NCBI GenBank assembly: GCA_017936885.1
Contig: JAGBEO010000001.1
Coordinates: 1,733 to 65,732 of the forward strand
Length of the DNA: 64,000 bases
Reading direction: 5' to 3'
Source: Lachnospiraceae bacterium
GTDB lineage: Bacteria > Bacillota > Clostridia > Lachnospirales > Lachnospiraceae
Below are positions 8,644 through 18,616 of this stretch, in pieces (the first letter of the stretch is position 1; each line of letters opens with the position of its first letter). The position numbers and the translations under genes are program-made. Below the pieces are notes generated by a model. The model saw nothing but the letters and a program-made list of their open reading frames with translations, was not told the DNA's origin and ran no database searches.

Positions 8644-9858
8644 TTATAAAATAGAAATTGTCCTAGTTAATCTTTCTGACAGATTATATCCATCCCAAAT
8701 CAGATCAAAATCCATAGTTTGACCGACCGGAACAATACGATCAATTCCTTTAATGCCAGATTTAATCAGAGGAATAAACATATCTTTGTCACCAATATAT
8801 CCTATCGTCTGGCATTTCTTGTCATTACAAAGATTATATAACTCAAGAATCTCATGACAATCGTACTCAAAGAAATACCCAGAATTATCTTTCATATCCA
8901 TGAGGTCATCTATAATTTCAGTAATTTGAACTCTAACGATTAGATTATCGCCGTTTTGCTTAATCTTAACTTTGTCTGCATGAACAGCCATCAAATAAGC
9001 ACTAGTTATTTTGTTAATTCCCTGAATAGGCTGAAAAGTATATTTCTTTAATACAACTTCGTGCAAATGAATCCAAAACAAATCTTTTGCTTTCGTTATA
9101 CAACTACCTGTCCACACAACAATACGCGGACTAGTGCAAGCATTCTGATCAGTCAAATATGTATCATTATAAAAATCTTCGGCAACTTTAGCCTTATTTT
9201 CAATTTCAATATATTTATCACTGTCAATAACAGCCAGCGAATATCTATCGGCAAATGTAACCTCACCTGCTCTAGATGATAACGGAGATTTACGGATTTC
9301 TTCAATTGTAGCATCACCGCCCCAAATAATTCTTACATCAGCTATAGCCGATAAGAAGTCATTAACTTTCTGATCTCTGTCATAACGAACAAGACAAATA
9401 TATGCTTTCATCTCTACAAATTCTTCAAGAGTCTCTTTAATAGCCCGATTGATAATTTCAACCTGTGGAAAATCTTTCGATGGAATTCTTACTATATTGG
9501 CATTGCCAGTAAGTAATCCACTCACCAAAGAATAGGCATAGTTTACGGGAACATTCGACGGTGCAATATGTAAGACAATTCCTCTTCCAAGGTGTAAATT
9601 ACTATCATCACATGAAAATCTATCCCTAAGTTTTATAATAGAAGTTTTTCTCATCCAAAATCCTAATGTAATGATATCAGGATATACTTGTGCTTCCGAA
9701 GATCTCATTAAACGTTTTGAGACATTACTAAGGAAATCCACAACTGATTCATCAAAAGGTTCTTTAGCTGCCACTTTAGACATTCCTTCAATTGTTTCAG
9801 CAGATCCAACTAAATAGGAAATGTTATCTAATACTTTTTTATTTATACTTTGCTGCAT
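8644..9858 (-). CDS. LuxC-like acyl-CoA/acyl-protein reductase (aldehyde-forming)
   Basis: HIAPSNVPVNYAYSLVSGLLTGNANIVRIPSK and the putative catalytic-Cys region TDQNACTSPRIVVW resemble the LuxC family. Start is placed at the internal Met, overlapping the upstream gene by 20 nt. Confidence 0.7.
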   Translation of the reverse strand: MQQSINKKVLDNISYLVGSAETIEGMSKVAAKEPFDESVVDFLSNVSKRLMRSSEAQVYPDIITLGFWMRKTSIIKLRDRFSCDDSNLHLGRGIVLHIAPSNVPVNYAYSLVSGLLTGNANIVRIPSKDFPQVEIINRAIKETLEEFVEMKAYICLVRYDRDQKVNDFLSAIADVRIIWGGDATIEEIRKSPLSSRAGEVTFADRYSLAVIDSDKYIEIENKAKVAEDFYNDTYLTDQNACTSPRIVVWTGSCITKAKDLFWIHLHEVVLKKYTFQPIQGINKITSAYLMAVHADKVKIKQNGDNLIVRVQITEIIDDLMDMKDNSGYFFEYDCHEILELYNLCNDKKCQTIGYIGDKDMFIPLIKSGIKGIDRIVPVGQTMDFDLIWDGYNLSERLTRTISIL

Positions 9859-10930
9859 AAGTATCACTACACCCCCTAATCTCTGCATTCTTTAATCTTC
9901 CGATAATCTTAAAATATTTACCTTTTCTACCACATGGACAATCATCTTCACCCAAAATAATTCCCTCATCCTCAGTAATCAAAGAATGCCCTGGATACGA
10001 CTCTGGAATTGTTGATACAACCTGTATAATACCCCTCTCTCCAAAATCACACTCAGAAAAATCTGTTGGTCTACGGGTAATCACATCCGAAAAAATGCTC
10101 GCATGAAGATGCCCACATTCACATTGCATATATATACATCCAGTTTGTTCTACCATTCCATAGTAATCGTGTATTTTGTCCAATCCACACATATCTTTCA
10201 GGCAATTGTGAAATTCTTTTGGGCTTACAGATTCATTAACAAGTTTCTTCCATCCACCACCATGAATGAGAATTCCGTTAGATAAATCAAATGTAATTCC
10301 TTCTTTTTTTAACTGACGCAACTCTTTATAAAAATGCTGCCATATCATAAAAGTGAAACCAAATAAAAGAATTTTCTGACCTTGAAATTTATTTAGAAAT
10401 TCTTTTAAACCTTCTACATCCAGTCTCATATCATCATCTAAAGCATACATTTTTCTTGTTCCGAATATAGAAAATCCCAAAATACCAGCACCTCTTGCTG
10501 AAAACATCGCTCTATCTTTCACGACAGATGGACAATCAATAATAATCATGGGCATACGACTAGAACCCGTAAAATCAGAAACAATTTTAACCATAGCCTT
10601 CTGTTGATTAGAAGATGTTTTTTTATCCAAAAATATTTTTGAAACAGCCTGTCCTGATGTTCCTGAGGATGTCATAGTCTTTACTATCTTTTCTTGAGGA
10701 ACACTTTTCAATGATAACTCCTTAAAAAGCCGTACCGGTAAAAAGGGCAACTCTTTATATGAAGTTACTATACAAGAATTATAGCCGATACTTTCCAATA
10801 TCCTTTTATATTCATCACAATGCTCTTTATGGTATATTGTCAACTCTACTAGGCGTTTTGTAAGAATTTTCTTCTTATCCTCTTTTTCAAGCGAATAGGG
10901 TGAAATATCTATAATTTCTTCAAATTCCAT
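9839..10930 (-). CDS. LuxE-like acyl-protein synthetase (adenylate-forming)
   Basis: TMTSSGTSGQ P-loop-like motif. Overall layout matches LuxE / F390-synthetase-like enzymes. Translationally coupled to the LuxC-like gene. Confidence 0.7.
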   Translation of the reverse strand: MEFEEIIDISPYSLEKEDKKKILTKRLVELTIYHKEHCDEYKRILESIGYNSCIVTSYKELPFLPVRLFKELSLKSVPQEKIVKTMTSSGTSGQAVSKIFLDKKTSSNQQKAMVKIVSDFTGSSRMPMIIIDCPSVVKDRAMFSARGAGILGFSIFGTRKMYALDDDMRLDVEGLKEFLNKFQGQKILLFGFTFMIWQHFYKELRQLKKEGITFDLSNGILIHGGGWKKLVNESVSPKEFHNCLKDMCGLDKIHDYYGMVEQTGCIYMQCECGHLHASIFSDVITRRPTDFSECDFGERGIIQVVSTIPESYPGHSLITEDEGIILGEDDCPCGRKGKYFKIIGRLKNAEIRGCSDTYAAKYK

Positions 10931-11642
10931 AACTATTATTTAACCTTTCCAATATTATTTCTGCCATTTTCCTGTAATGTTCCTGAATAAAGAAATGATT
11001 CCCTTCAAATTCATAGAAACAACAATTATCTGTAAAATATTGTTGCCATTGCATCATATCTTTCAATGGTGTATCAGTCTCAGAATAAAATATTGTTGCT
11101 GGAATCTTTGTTTCTAGGGAAAGTTCTTCAAACCTATATTTTCCAATGATTAAATAATCGGCTCTATATATAGGCAGATATACTCGCCAAAAAATTTTAT
11201 TATTTACTAATTTCTCTGGAATCCCACCGAATTTTATTGTTCTCTCTTTTACGTATTCATCTAATTCATTTTCATCAAAGCTTACTAATTCTGTCTTAGA
11301 ATGGGGTTCATGAGCAGCCAAAAATATATGTCTTGGAAGTAATATTTCATTTCGTTTCATTATAAGCTTCAACACTTCTATTACTGTAATACTTCCCATG
11401 CTGTATCCCATAAGTGCATAGCTATTACAACCATGGAGATAACTTCTTATGTTGCGATACATATCTTCCGCAAGCTCATTAAAATCATTATAAAATGGCT
11501 CTTTATGACGCATCCCATGTCCTGAGTATTCTAACTTAACAAACTTAATCTGTGGGAGACAGTCATCTAACTGATCAAAAAAGTTTAATGTACCTCCTGC
11601 ATATGTAAAACAAAATAAAATCATCAATTCACCTGATTCCAT
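10920..11642 (-). CDS. Type II thioesterase (alpha/beta hydrolase)
   Basis: FCFTYAGG N-terminus, GYSMGS nucleophile elbow (GxSxG) and C-terminal GNHFF, as in GrsT/TEII-type thioesterases. Confidence 0.75.
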   Translation of the reverse strand: MESGELMILFCFTYAGGTLNFFDQLDDCLPQIKFVKLEYSGHGMRHKEPFYNDFNELAEDMYRNIRSYLHGCNSYALMGYSMGSITVIEVLKLIMKRNEILLPRHIFLAAHEPHSKTELVSFDENELDEYVKERTIKFGGIPEKLVNNKIFWRVYLPIYRADYLIIGKYRFEELSLETKIPATIFYSETDTPLKDMMQWQQYFTDNCCFYEFEGNHFFIQEHYRKMAEIILERLNNSYGI

Positions 11643-11669
11643 AATAATGTGTCATCCATCACTTCTTAA

Positions 11670-13121
11670 TTAAATATTTCGAGCAATTTTGGATAAAATT
11701 TGTTTAAAAATATCATTTACCAAAGGCTCTTTGAGAATAAGAAGAACTATTCCGTAGAATCCAAAAAATAATGTTCCTGAAATTAATAACGAAAGAACAC
11801 TACTGAAATCAAACCATTTAACCCATATGCAACTTAAACAACTAACAACCAACGCAATAAAAATTCGACCGTAATGAATTTTCCTATAAGCATTAATTAC
11901 TTGATCTTTCAAAACAATAAGCTGATAAACAAATACAGATATCTCCGCAATCAAAGTGCCTATTGCCGCTCCAGTTGCGGCTAATTTAGGAATTAAAAGC
12001 AGATTCAAGATCAAATCAACCACTGCCCCTACTATTTCAGAATATAAAACTACAATTTCCCTATTAAGCGGAACTAATATTTGAATCCCCATGATATTAG
12101 TCAATCCAATAAATAATATCGTTGGAATAATAACCTGCATTGGAACAATTGCTCCAACATAAGAAGTCCCTGATAGAAAAAAAATCCCTTCTTTAGCATA
12201 AATAATAAAATAAATCACCATCGGTGTAGCTAATAGTGCAACAAAATTTAATGCTTTCGTGGTAATTCTGTCGAATTCTTTTATTTTTCCTTGTTCAACA
12301 TAGTAAGAGGATCTGGGTAACAACACTGTACCTAAAGAAGTCACGATACTGAGCATTACTGTTTTTATTTTTACGGCAGCATTATAATACCCTACATCTT
12401 CATCTGTTGTCATGAAGCCAAGCATTACTGTATCCAAATGTGTATATATTGTTGTTGCACATGCCATAGCAAAAAATATTGAAATTGGCTTAAAATGAAC
12501 TCTAAGGTCATACCCTCCTACTGGTTTCACATCAATATATTTATGTACATTAAAAAAGTTAAAAATATTAGATGCAGAAGAAGCAAAAATTGAAATTGCG
12601 CCATATATAACATAATCGCTCCTATGATGTATAAGTAAAAACATCGAAATCAATGCTATAAATTTAAAAATCACTGATCTAATAGTAATATATGTATATT
12701 GCTCCAATGCTTTGTAAAGCCATTCCATTCCAATTGCATTTAGTGCAATTGTAAAACTAACGATAATATACAATGTTCTATCATCATAAAGCCTCGAAAC
12801 AGTAAATAAAGCCACACCGAGAGCAATATATGCAAGTATACTCATTAAAATATTCATGAATAATAATTCATGTGCAGTTCTTGTTAATGCTACTTTATCT
12901 TCTCTAACCTTTGCACATGCACGAACTCCATATGTAGGAATTCCCATTTGAGCAAACATATTAAAGTAATATATTAATGAAGTGGCAAAAGATACTCTTC
13001 CAGTTCCTTCTGGCAATAAAATTCTTGATATATATGGAAAGGTAACTAATGGAAAAATGAATGAAGACATTGTAAGCAATGAATTCATAATAAAGTTCCT
13101 TTTTATCGATGGATGACTCAT
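11670..13121 (-). CDS. wzx: Wzx-type oligosaccharide flippase (MOP superfamily)
   Basis: 483 aa with about 12-14 TM helices. The polysaccharide-biosynthesis-protein N-terminus and the locus context fit a flippase. Confidence 0.8.
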   Translation of the reverse strand: MSHPSIKRNFIMNSLLTMSSFIFPLVTFPYISRILLPEGTGRVSFATSLIYYFNMFAQMGIPTYGVRACAKVREDKVALTRTAHELLFMNILMSILAYIALGVALFTVSRLYDDRTLYIIVSFTIALNAIGMEWLYKALEQYTYITIRSVIFKFIALISMFLLIHHRSDYVIYGAISIFASSASNIFNFFNVHKYIDVKPVGGYDLRVHFKPISIFFAMACATTIYTHLDTVMLGFMTTDEDVGYYNAAVKIKTVMLSIVTSLGTVLLPRSSYYVEQGKIKEFDRITTKALNFVALLATPMVIYFIIYAKEGIFFLSGTSYVGAIVPMQVIIPTILFIGLTNIMGIQILVPLNREIVVLYSEIVGAVVDLILNLLLIPKLAATGAAIGTLIAEISVFVYQLIVLKDQVINAYRKIHYGRIFIALVVSCLSCIWVKWFDFSSVLSLLISGTLFFGFYGIVLLILKEPLVNDIFKQILSKIARNI

Positions 13122-14356
13122 TTTTTATTTCCTTCCATAGAATCGCAAAACTCAGTATAACGTTTCAGAAAAGCTTTATCATCAAAGTATTCTTTCTGAA
13201 TTGCCCTATTTTTCATTTTCATTTCATCCAAATCACCATCAAGAATATCTATAAGCCCTGCTGTATCATTAAAATCACTCACAAACAAACCGCTGCCATC
13301 TTTAATTACTTCCAAATTTCCTCCTACCGGAGTTAGGATTGGAATTCCTCCATAATACATAGCCTCAAGTGTTGATAAATCAAAAATAGAGTATTTATGA
13401 AATAAAATATAAAAATCCGATATAGAAAAAAGTTGTAGAATTTCTTCATGAGACATATAGTCTTTTATCCATATTGTCTCCTTTTGAATCCCGGCTTTTT
13501 CTATTTCCAAAGCTACAGTCTCTGCTTGAACACCATTTCCTACAAGTACCCACTTAAAATTAATTCCCGAACTCTTCACTTGACCAAGGTACTGTGGAAT
13601 TCTCTCTACAGCTTTTGCGGTATTAAGGGTGGCAACAGTCGTAAAAATATAACCTTTAAATCTTTGAAGTTCTTTAATCCACTTGCTGCAATCAGCTAAA
13701 TTTATGTCAGGACAATTTACACCATTGTACAGGAAGCAATATTGACATTTAGCTTCATATTTTCTTAATTCGTTTTCAGATTCAAAAAAACTGTTCTTTG
13801 CACCTTCTGACGGAAAACCTATATAATGCATATTTGATATTATCTGCTCATAGCAGCTTTCGTAATATTTCTTCACGGCAATGCAATCATACCCATGAGA
13901 CGCCCTCCATTCATTATAAAAACTTCCTTGTGTATGAATTACCATGATACATTTGGGGAATGAATATAAATTTACAAAAGATCTAGCAAATTGAAGATCG
14001 TGAAAAATATAGATATCATCACATGTAAAATGATATGTTTCTCCCAACTTTTTCATATATGATTGAAGTCGCAAATAATTCTTTTCATATTGTCTAACCT
14101 TGACGAATCCTGGAATATTTCTTGTAATAAATGCTTTTACCACCGAACTTGATTTCTTTTTTTTCTCAGCTAACGGTCCACTATCATTATTACCTTGTAT
14201 TACTCGATCTCCAAACACAAAATATGCATTATTCAACAAACTATATTTCTTATTTGCTTGGTATAGTCTATATACAACCCCTTGTCCACCACCTGTTTCC
14301 CCATAACATGGCTGATATGCAAAAATAAATGTTCTACTCACTTGACTGACCTCCAT
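13118..14356 (-). CDS. GT-B glycosyltransferase (GT4/GT1-like)
   Basis: C-terminal EAMYYGGIPILTPVGGNLEVIKDG matches the E-x7-E-type GT-B motif. Confidence 0.75.
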   Translation of the reverse strand: MEVSQVSRTFIFAYQPCYGETGGGQGVVYRLYQANKKYSLLNNAYFVFGDRVIQGNNDSGPLAEKKKKSSSVVKAFITRNIPGFVKVRQYEKNYLRLQSYMKKLGETYHFTCDDIYIFHDLQFARSFVNLYSFPKCIMVIHTQGSFYNEWRASHGYDCIAVKKYYESCYEQIISNMHYIGFPSEGAKNSFFESENELRKYEAKCQYCFLYNGVNCPDINLADCSKWIKELQRFKGYIFTTVATLNTAKAVERIPQYLGQVKSSGINFKWVLVGNGVQAETVALEIEKAGIQKETIWIKDYMSHEEILQLFSISDFYILFHKYSIFDLSTLEAMYYGGIPILTPVGGNLEVIKDGSGLFVSDFNDTAGLIDILDGDLDEMKMKNRAIQKEYFDDKAFLKRYTEFCDSMEGNKK

Positions 14357-15617
14357 ATAAAAATTGCTTTTCCTTTATTATTGTTGGTATATAATAGCAC
14401 AAGGCAAATAACAAAAGCGGAAAAGAGTCTCTGAAAATATGGTCATCCGTAATCATGCAAATCAGCAGTGCAATAAAACTTGCACTTATAACACAGGCAA
14501 CTTTATCATACAGAAAACGGTAATTGCTCTTACTGCAAATGGAAATATAAATAAGAAACAAGATCAATGCTATAATTCCGCCTTCATATAATATCCATAA
14601 GAAACTGCTATGCGGATTACCCAATGAAAGGATTCTCCATACTTCAACATTTCCTTCATCTAAATATCCACGTCCAATAATAGGATGTTCAAGCCAAGCA
14701 TTAATTGCGTTAATCCATATTGATACCCTAGTAGAAATCTTAACTTGTCTATTCATGACATTAGACATCCACGACATCAACAAATTTAACCACTGTGAGT
14801 CATTATTCGTATAAAAGAATACATATACAGCAATAATAATAGCTATAATAGACTTTAAACTAAATTTAATCTTATATTTATGCAATAAATAAATACCAAT
14901 AAACATTACAATGATAATATAATTAGTTGCGGAATTTGCAATAAGAACTTCTGCAAGGCAAGTAATAATTAATACTTTGCTTCGAAAACATAATTTTCCC
15001 TGATTATTCACAAAATATGAATACAATACTGCTACGCATAATGCTGGTAATACATATCTAATAAGAGTCGTTTGATGTCCCAATAACCAGTGAACTCTTG
15101 TAGAACTTGTCCGCACAAAGTCTCTTGTATTTTTTACCACCTCATCTCCCAATGTTCCTGTGACAGAATGATACATTCCGTTAGGATACAAAATCATAAA
15201 AAACAAATTAACATAATTTAAGACTTCCATTACCTTCATTAAAATAGTAATTGTTCGCATTGCTTTATATCTACTAAATAAATAAGAAATAAGCAGCACA
15301 AAAGATATTCTTCGGATTGTTCTTATTAAACACAAACCAAACTTATCCGGACACATGAAAAGAGTAGAAAATAAAAAGTATCCAAAAAAAAGAGACGTAA
15401 AGACAATAAGTTTATTAAATGCTCTTCTTTTTGCAAAAAAAGTAATAAAAAATACATCACTTACACAAATAATAATCAAACATATCGAACTCCAGCCAGG
15501 TATATCCACTACTCTTGTTACAAAAGTTGTAACATATAAAATAAACAAAATTGTGTATATAACATCCTTTATGTTGAATTTTAAGCTCATTTTTTTTTCA
15601 GCCTTTTTCAACCTCAT
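14334..15617 (-). CDS. wzy: Wzy-type O-antigen/capsule repeat-unit polymerase
   Basis: Polytopic membrane protein with a large loop and a Wzy_C-like segment (GNPHSSFLWILYEGGIIAL). AAGGAG lies 9 nt upstream of the ATG. Confidence 0.7.
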   Translation of the reverse strand: MRLKKAEKKMSLKFNIKDVIYTILFILYVTTFVTRVVDIPGWSSICLIIICVSDVFFITFFAKRRAFNKLIVFTSLFFGYFLFSTLFMCPDKFGLCLIRTIRRISFVLLISYLFSRYKAMRTITILMKVMEVLNYVNLFFMILYPNGMYHSVTGTLGDEVVKNTRDFVRTSSTRVHWLLGHQTTLIRYVLPALCVAVLYSYFVNNQGKLCFRSKVLIITCLAEVLIANSATNYIIIVMFIGIYLLHKYKIKFSLKSIIAIIIAVYVFFYTNNDSQWLNLLMSWMSNVMNRQVKISTRVSIWINAINAWLEHPIIGRGYLDEGNVEVWRILSLGNPHSSFLWILYEGGIIALILFLIYISICSKSNYRFLYDKVACVISASFIALLICMITDDHIFRDSFPLLLFALCYYIPTIIKEKQFLYGGQSSE

Positions 15618-15643
15618 TGGTGTCTGCTCCTTGTTCTAAACAT

Positions 15644-16789
15644 TCAATACCTTAGTGTATTTTCATACGCTTCTACATAAAAATTTTTCAGTTTTTTAGA
15701 TTCATATCTAATATCATATCCTGCTTCAATAAGTTCTTCTGCTTTATCTGACCGCTCATAATTTTTTATTCCAAGTAAATAATCAGCCCAAATCTCAGGT
15801 TCCTGATTTAAAGAAAACACACCAAATTGATTAAAAGTGTTCATTTCCGGATCTAACGAATCAGAGATAGCCCCCTTAAGACCAGTGCACTGAACTTCCA
15901 CAGTAACAACACTAAAGCCTTCATATAAGGATGGAAAAACAAAACAATCCATGGCTTGTAAATAATCAGCTACATTACTTACAGACCCTGTAAAGATAAT
16001 CTTATCCAATATGCATAACCGATTTGCTTTTTCAATTATTTTTTCTTTTAATGGACCTTCTCCAATCATTAATAAGCGCGATTTAGGTTCCTTTTCAAGC
16101 AGTTTGCTGAATATGTCTATCACAAAAGACTGATTCTTTTGATTTCCTTCATATCTCCCAACGTGCCCGACTAAATACTCGTCTGATATTCCTAACTGCT
16201 TTCTGACAGTCGTCCTTATCCCCATATCATAATGAAAAGAATCCGTATTAATTGCATTATGCAAAACGAAATTCTTTGGATTATCCATTATTTTTTTACC
16301 AAATGCACTTTCTCCTGCCTGTTTACCACATCCTATACAATGGGTTGCCAGCTTTTGTGCATTATATCTTAAGATTTTCCTATAAATCGGTCTTATTATT
16401 GGATTACATTTATCTGCCATAATGTTATAATCACAGTGAGAATGAAGAATTCTTATGGGGACTCCATGTTTTTTTGCCATATAGAGTGGCAATATTTTTT
16501 CCGGAAAATTATTATGAACAATATCAAACTTGTATGTTTTGAAAAGATTCTCATACTCCTTAATATTTTGCTTATTAATTCTAATTACATGTACAGGAGA
16601 TAATTGATGCACAATGAATCCCATACTTTCAAAATATTTTTGTCTTGGAATATATGGATCCATATGTGTTACAATATGAAGCTCAAATTTATTTCTGTCC
16701 ATATTAGAAAAATAGTTCTCAAATACTTTTTCCACTCCACCATTGTGGAATCCTTTAATAAATAAACATATCTTAATTTTCCTATTCAT
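15644..16789 (-). CDS. GT4-family glycosyltransferase
   Basis: FVFPSLYEGFSVVTVEVQCTGL (EX7E motif) and an N-terminal GT4 fold. Confidence 0.8.
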   Translation of the reverse strand: MNRKIKICLFIKGFHNGGVEKVFENYFSNMDRNKFELHIVTHMDPYIPRQKYFESMGFIVHQLSPVHVIRINKQNIKEYENLFKTYKFDIVHNNFPEKILPLYMAKKHGVPIRILHSHCDYNIMADKCNPIIRPIYRKILRYNAQKLATHCIGCGKQAGESAFGKKIMDNPKNFVLHNAINTDSFHYDMGIRTTVRKQLGISDEYLVGHVGRYEGNQKNQSFVIDIFSKLLEKEPKSRLLMIGEGPLKEKIIEKANRLCILDKIIFTGSVSNVADYLQAMDCFVFPSLYEGFSVVTVEVQCTGLKGAISDSLDPEMNTFNQFGVFSLNQEPEIWADYLLGIKNYERSDKAEELIEAGYDIRYESKKLKNFYVEAYENTLRY

Positions 16790-16813
16790 AATAGTTATAT
16801 AAACTCCCGTGAA

Positions 16814-17839
16814 TCACATAAAATCCTTCTCTTCTAATAATGTATCGGATTCAACATCATGTCTTAATGTCCTTCCTAAATACTTCTTCTTATCATCCAG
16901 TGCAACACCAATTCCAGGTCTTTTACCATCCAAATCCTCTGCGCCAATAATCTCTCCTGCTTTCATGTCTCTAACATAAATCAAACTACGACGCATTTTC
17001 GTTCTCTGTTCGATTTCTTCCTTGGATACAATCCTTTCATACGATCCTAGAGCCTGCTGTACATTCCTGCAGGAATCCACAAGTTTTTTCATTTCGTCCG
17101 GCTCAGTTGCCATCTGATTATCCATACCTATCTTCGTCTTATCCAAGGTTAAATGTTTTTCAATGAGACATGCCCCCAATGCAATAGCAGCAGAAGCCAT
17201 TTCTGTTCCAATAGAATGGTCTGAAAAGCCAATCGTATAATCAGGAAATTCATTCTTTAGCATGCAGATATTGTATAAATTTATAGTTTCCGGTGCTGCG
17301 GGATAAATAGAAATGCAATGCAACAGGCAAATATTTTTATTTCCTGCACTTTCAATAACACTTACCGCTTTTCTTATCTCATCCATATCGCCCATTCCTG
17401 TTGATAGAACAATTGGGAAACCGGTTTTCGCTATATATTCCAAAAAATCGTAATTATTCAGCTCCATTGAAGCAATTTTAATAAAAGGAACTTTATTTTT
17501 CACTAGAAAATCAACTTCTTTTTTAGAATATGGAGTCGAAGAAAAGGCAATTTTTTTTTCACTGCAATATTCCACAATATCTAAAAGCTGTTCCTCACTC
17601 AAAGCAAATTTTTTTACAAATCTTTTAGAGATTGGGTTTTGCGCATAATATGTTTTTGAATACAATGATTCAGTTGACCATGATTGAAATTTAACACAGT
17701 TGCATCCGCATTCTACAGCAGCATCAATCATTTTCTTTGCAACATTAACATCTCCGTTATGGCTTGAATTAACTTCAGCAATCACATAAGGACTCCATCC
17801 CTGTCCCACTTCTGTACCATCTTTAAATTTAATACTCAT
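16814..17839 (-). CDS. NeuB-family (N-acylneuraminate / nonulosonate synthase-like) PEP-aldehyde condensing enzyme with SAF domain
   Basis: YVIAEVNSSHNGDVNVAKKMIDAAVECGCNCVKFQ, LSTGMG, GFSDHS, IEKHLTLD, and a C-terminal SAF-like segment RRSLIYVRDMKAGEII. Confidence 0.85.
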   Translation of the reverse strand: MSIKFKDGTEVGQGWSPYVIAEVNSSHNGDVNVAKKMIDAAVECGCNCVKFQSWSTESLYSKTYYAQNPISKRFVKKFALSEEQLLDIVEYCSEKKIAFSSTPYSKKEVDFLVKNKVPFIKIASMELNNYDFLEYIAKTGFPIVLSTGMGDMDEIRKAVSVIESAGNKNICLLHCISIYPAAPETINLYNICMLKNEFPDYTIGFSDHSIGTEMASAAIALGACLIEKHLTLDKTKIGMDNQMATEPDEMKKLVDSCRNVQQALGSYERIVSKEEIEQRTKMRRSLIYVRDMKAGEIIGAEDLDGKRPGIGVALDDKKKYLGRTLRHDVESDTLLEEKDFM

Positions 17840-17852
17840 TTTAATTCCTTCC

Positions 17853-18599
17853 CTACGACCACAATCTTCCGCCATCAACAACCATAACCTGTCCAGTCAT
17901 AAATGATGATTGATCTGATGCCAAAAATACAATTGCATTTGCTATTTCTTCAGGATTTGCCATACGCTTCATGCTGCTTCTATCTAATACTTTTTGAAGA
18001 TCAGCATCTGGAATTTCTTTATTCATTTTGGTATCTGTCAAGCCCGGTGCCAATGCGTTAACTCGAATATTATACTGTGCAAGTTCTTTCGAAATTGTCT
18101 TCGAGGCATAAATCAATGCAGCCTTACTGGAACCATATGCCAATTTTCCCTCCGTCGTTTCTATACCACTTACAGATGCGACATTCACAATAGAACCTTT
18201 TTTCTGCCTCATCATCAATCTGGCAACCAATTGCATTATATAAATTTGTTCAAAATAATTAACTTCAAACACTTCCTTTAACTTGCTGATCGATGTCATG
18301 GTAAACATACCATTGTAAACTGTACCAGCAGCATTCACCAGCACGTCTATACTTCTTTTTTCCAAAGAAATTTCCTTAATAGCAGTCTTCATTTGACTCT
18401 CATTAGTCATATCAAAATATACTGCTTTAATCCATACGCCGTATTGATTAGCTATATTCTGCAAATCCTGTTCAAACTGTTCCGTTTTAGTGCGGGTACA
18501 TGCCCACACATTTCCGCCATTTTCAGCGATTTTATTTACAGTTGCCAGACCTATTCCGCCTCCTGCTCCAGTGACTATTACATTTTTATTTTTTAACAT
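17853..18599 (-). CDS. SDR-family oxidoreductase (FabG-like)
   Basis: VTGAGGGIG cofactor motif and YGSSKAAL catalytic YxxxK. Confidence 0.85.
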   Translation of the reverse strand: MLKNKNVIVTGAGGGIGLATVNKIAENGGNVWACTRTKTEQFEQDLQNIANQYGVWIKAVYFDMTNESQMKTAIKEISLEKRSIDVLVNAAGTVYNGMFTMTSISKLKEVFEVNYFEQIYIMQLVARLMMRQKKGSIVNVASVSGIETTEGKLAYGSSKAALIYASKTISKELAQYNIRVNALAPGLTDTKMNKEIPDADLQKVLDRSSMKRMANPEEIANAIVFLASDQSSFMTGQVMVVDGGRLWS

Positions 18600-18616
18600 C
18601 TTGCATCCTCACTCAA

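Noticed and set aside
8644-11642. LuxC/LuxE/thioesterase read as a bioluminescence (lux) operon.
   Set aside because: There are no luxA/luxB luciferase genes, and the context is a capsule operon in an anaerobe. Only the fatty-acid-reductase chemistry is inferred.
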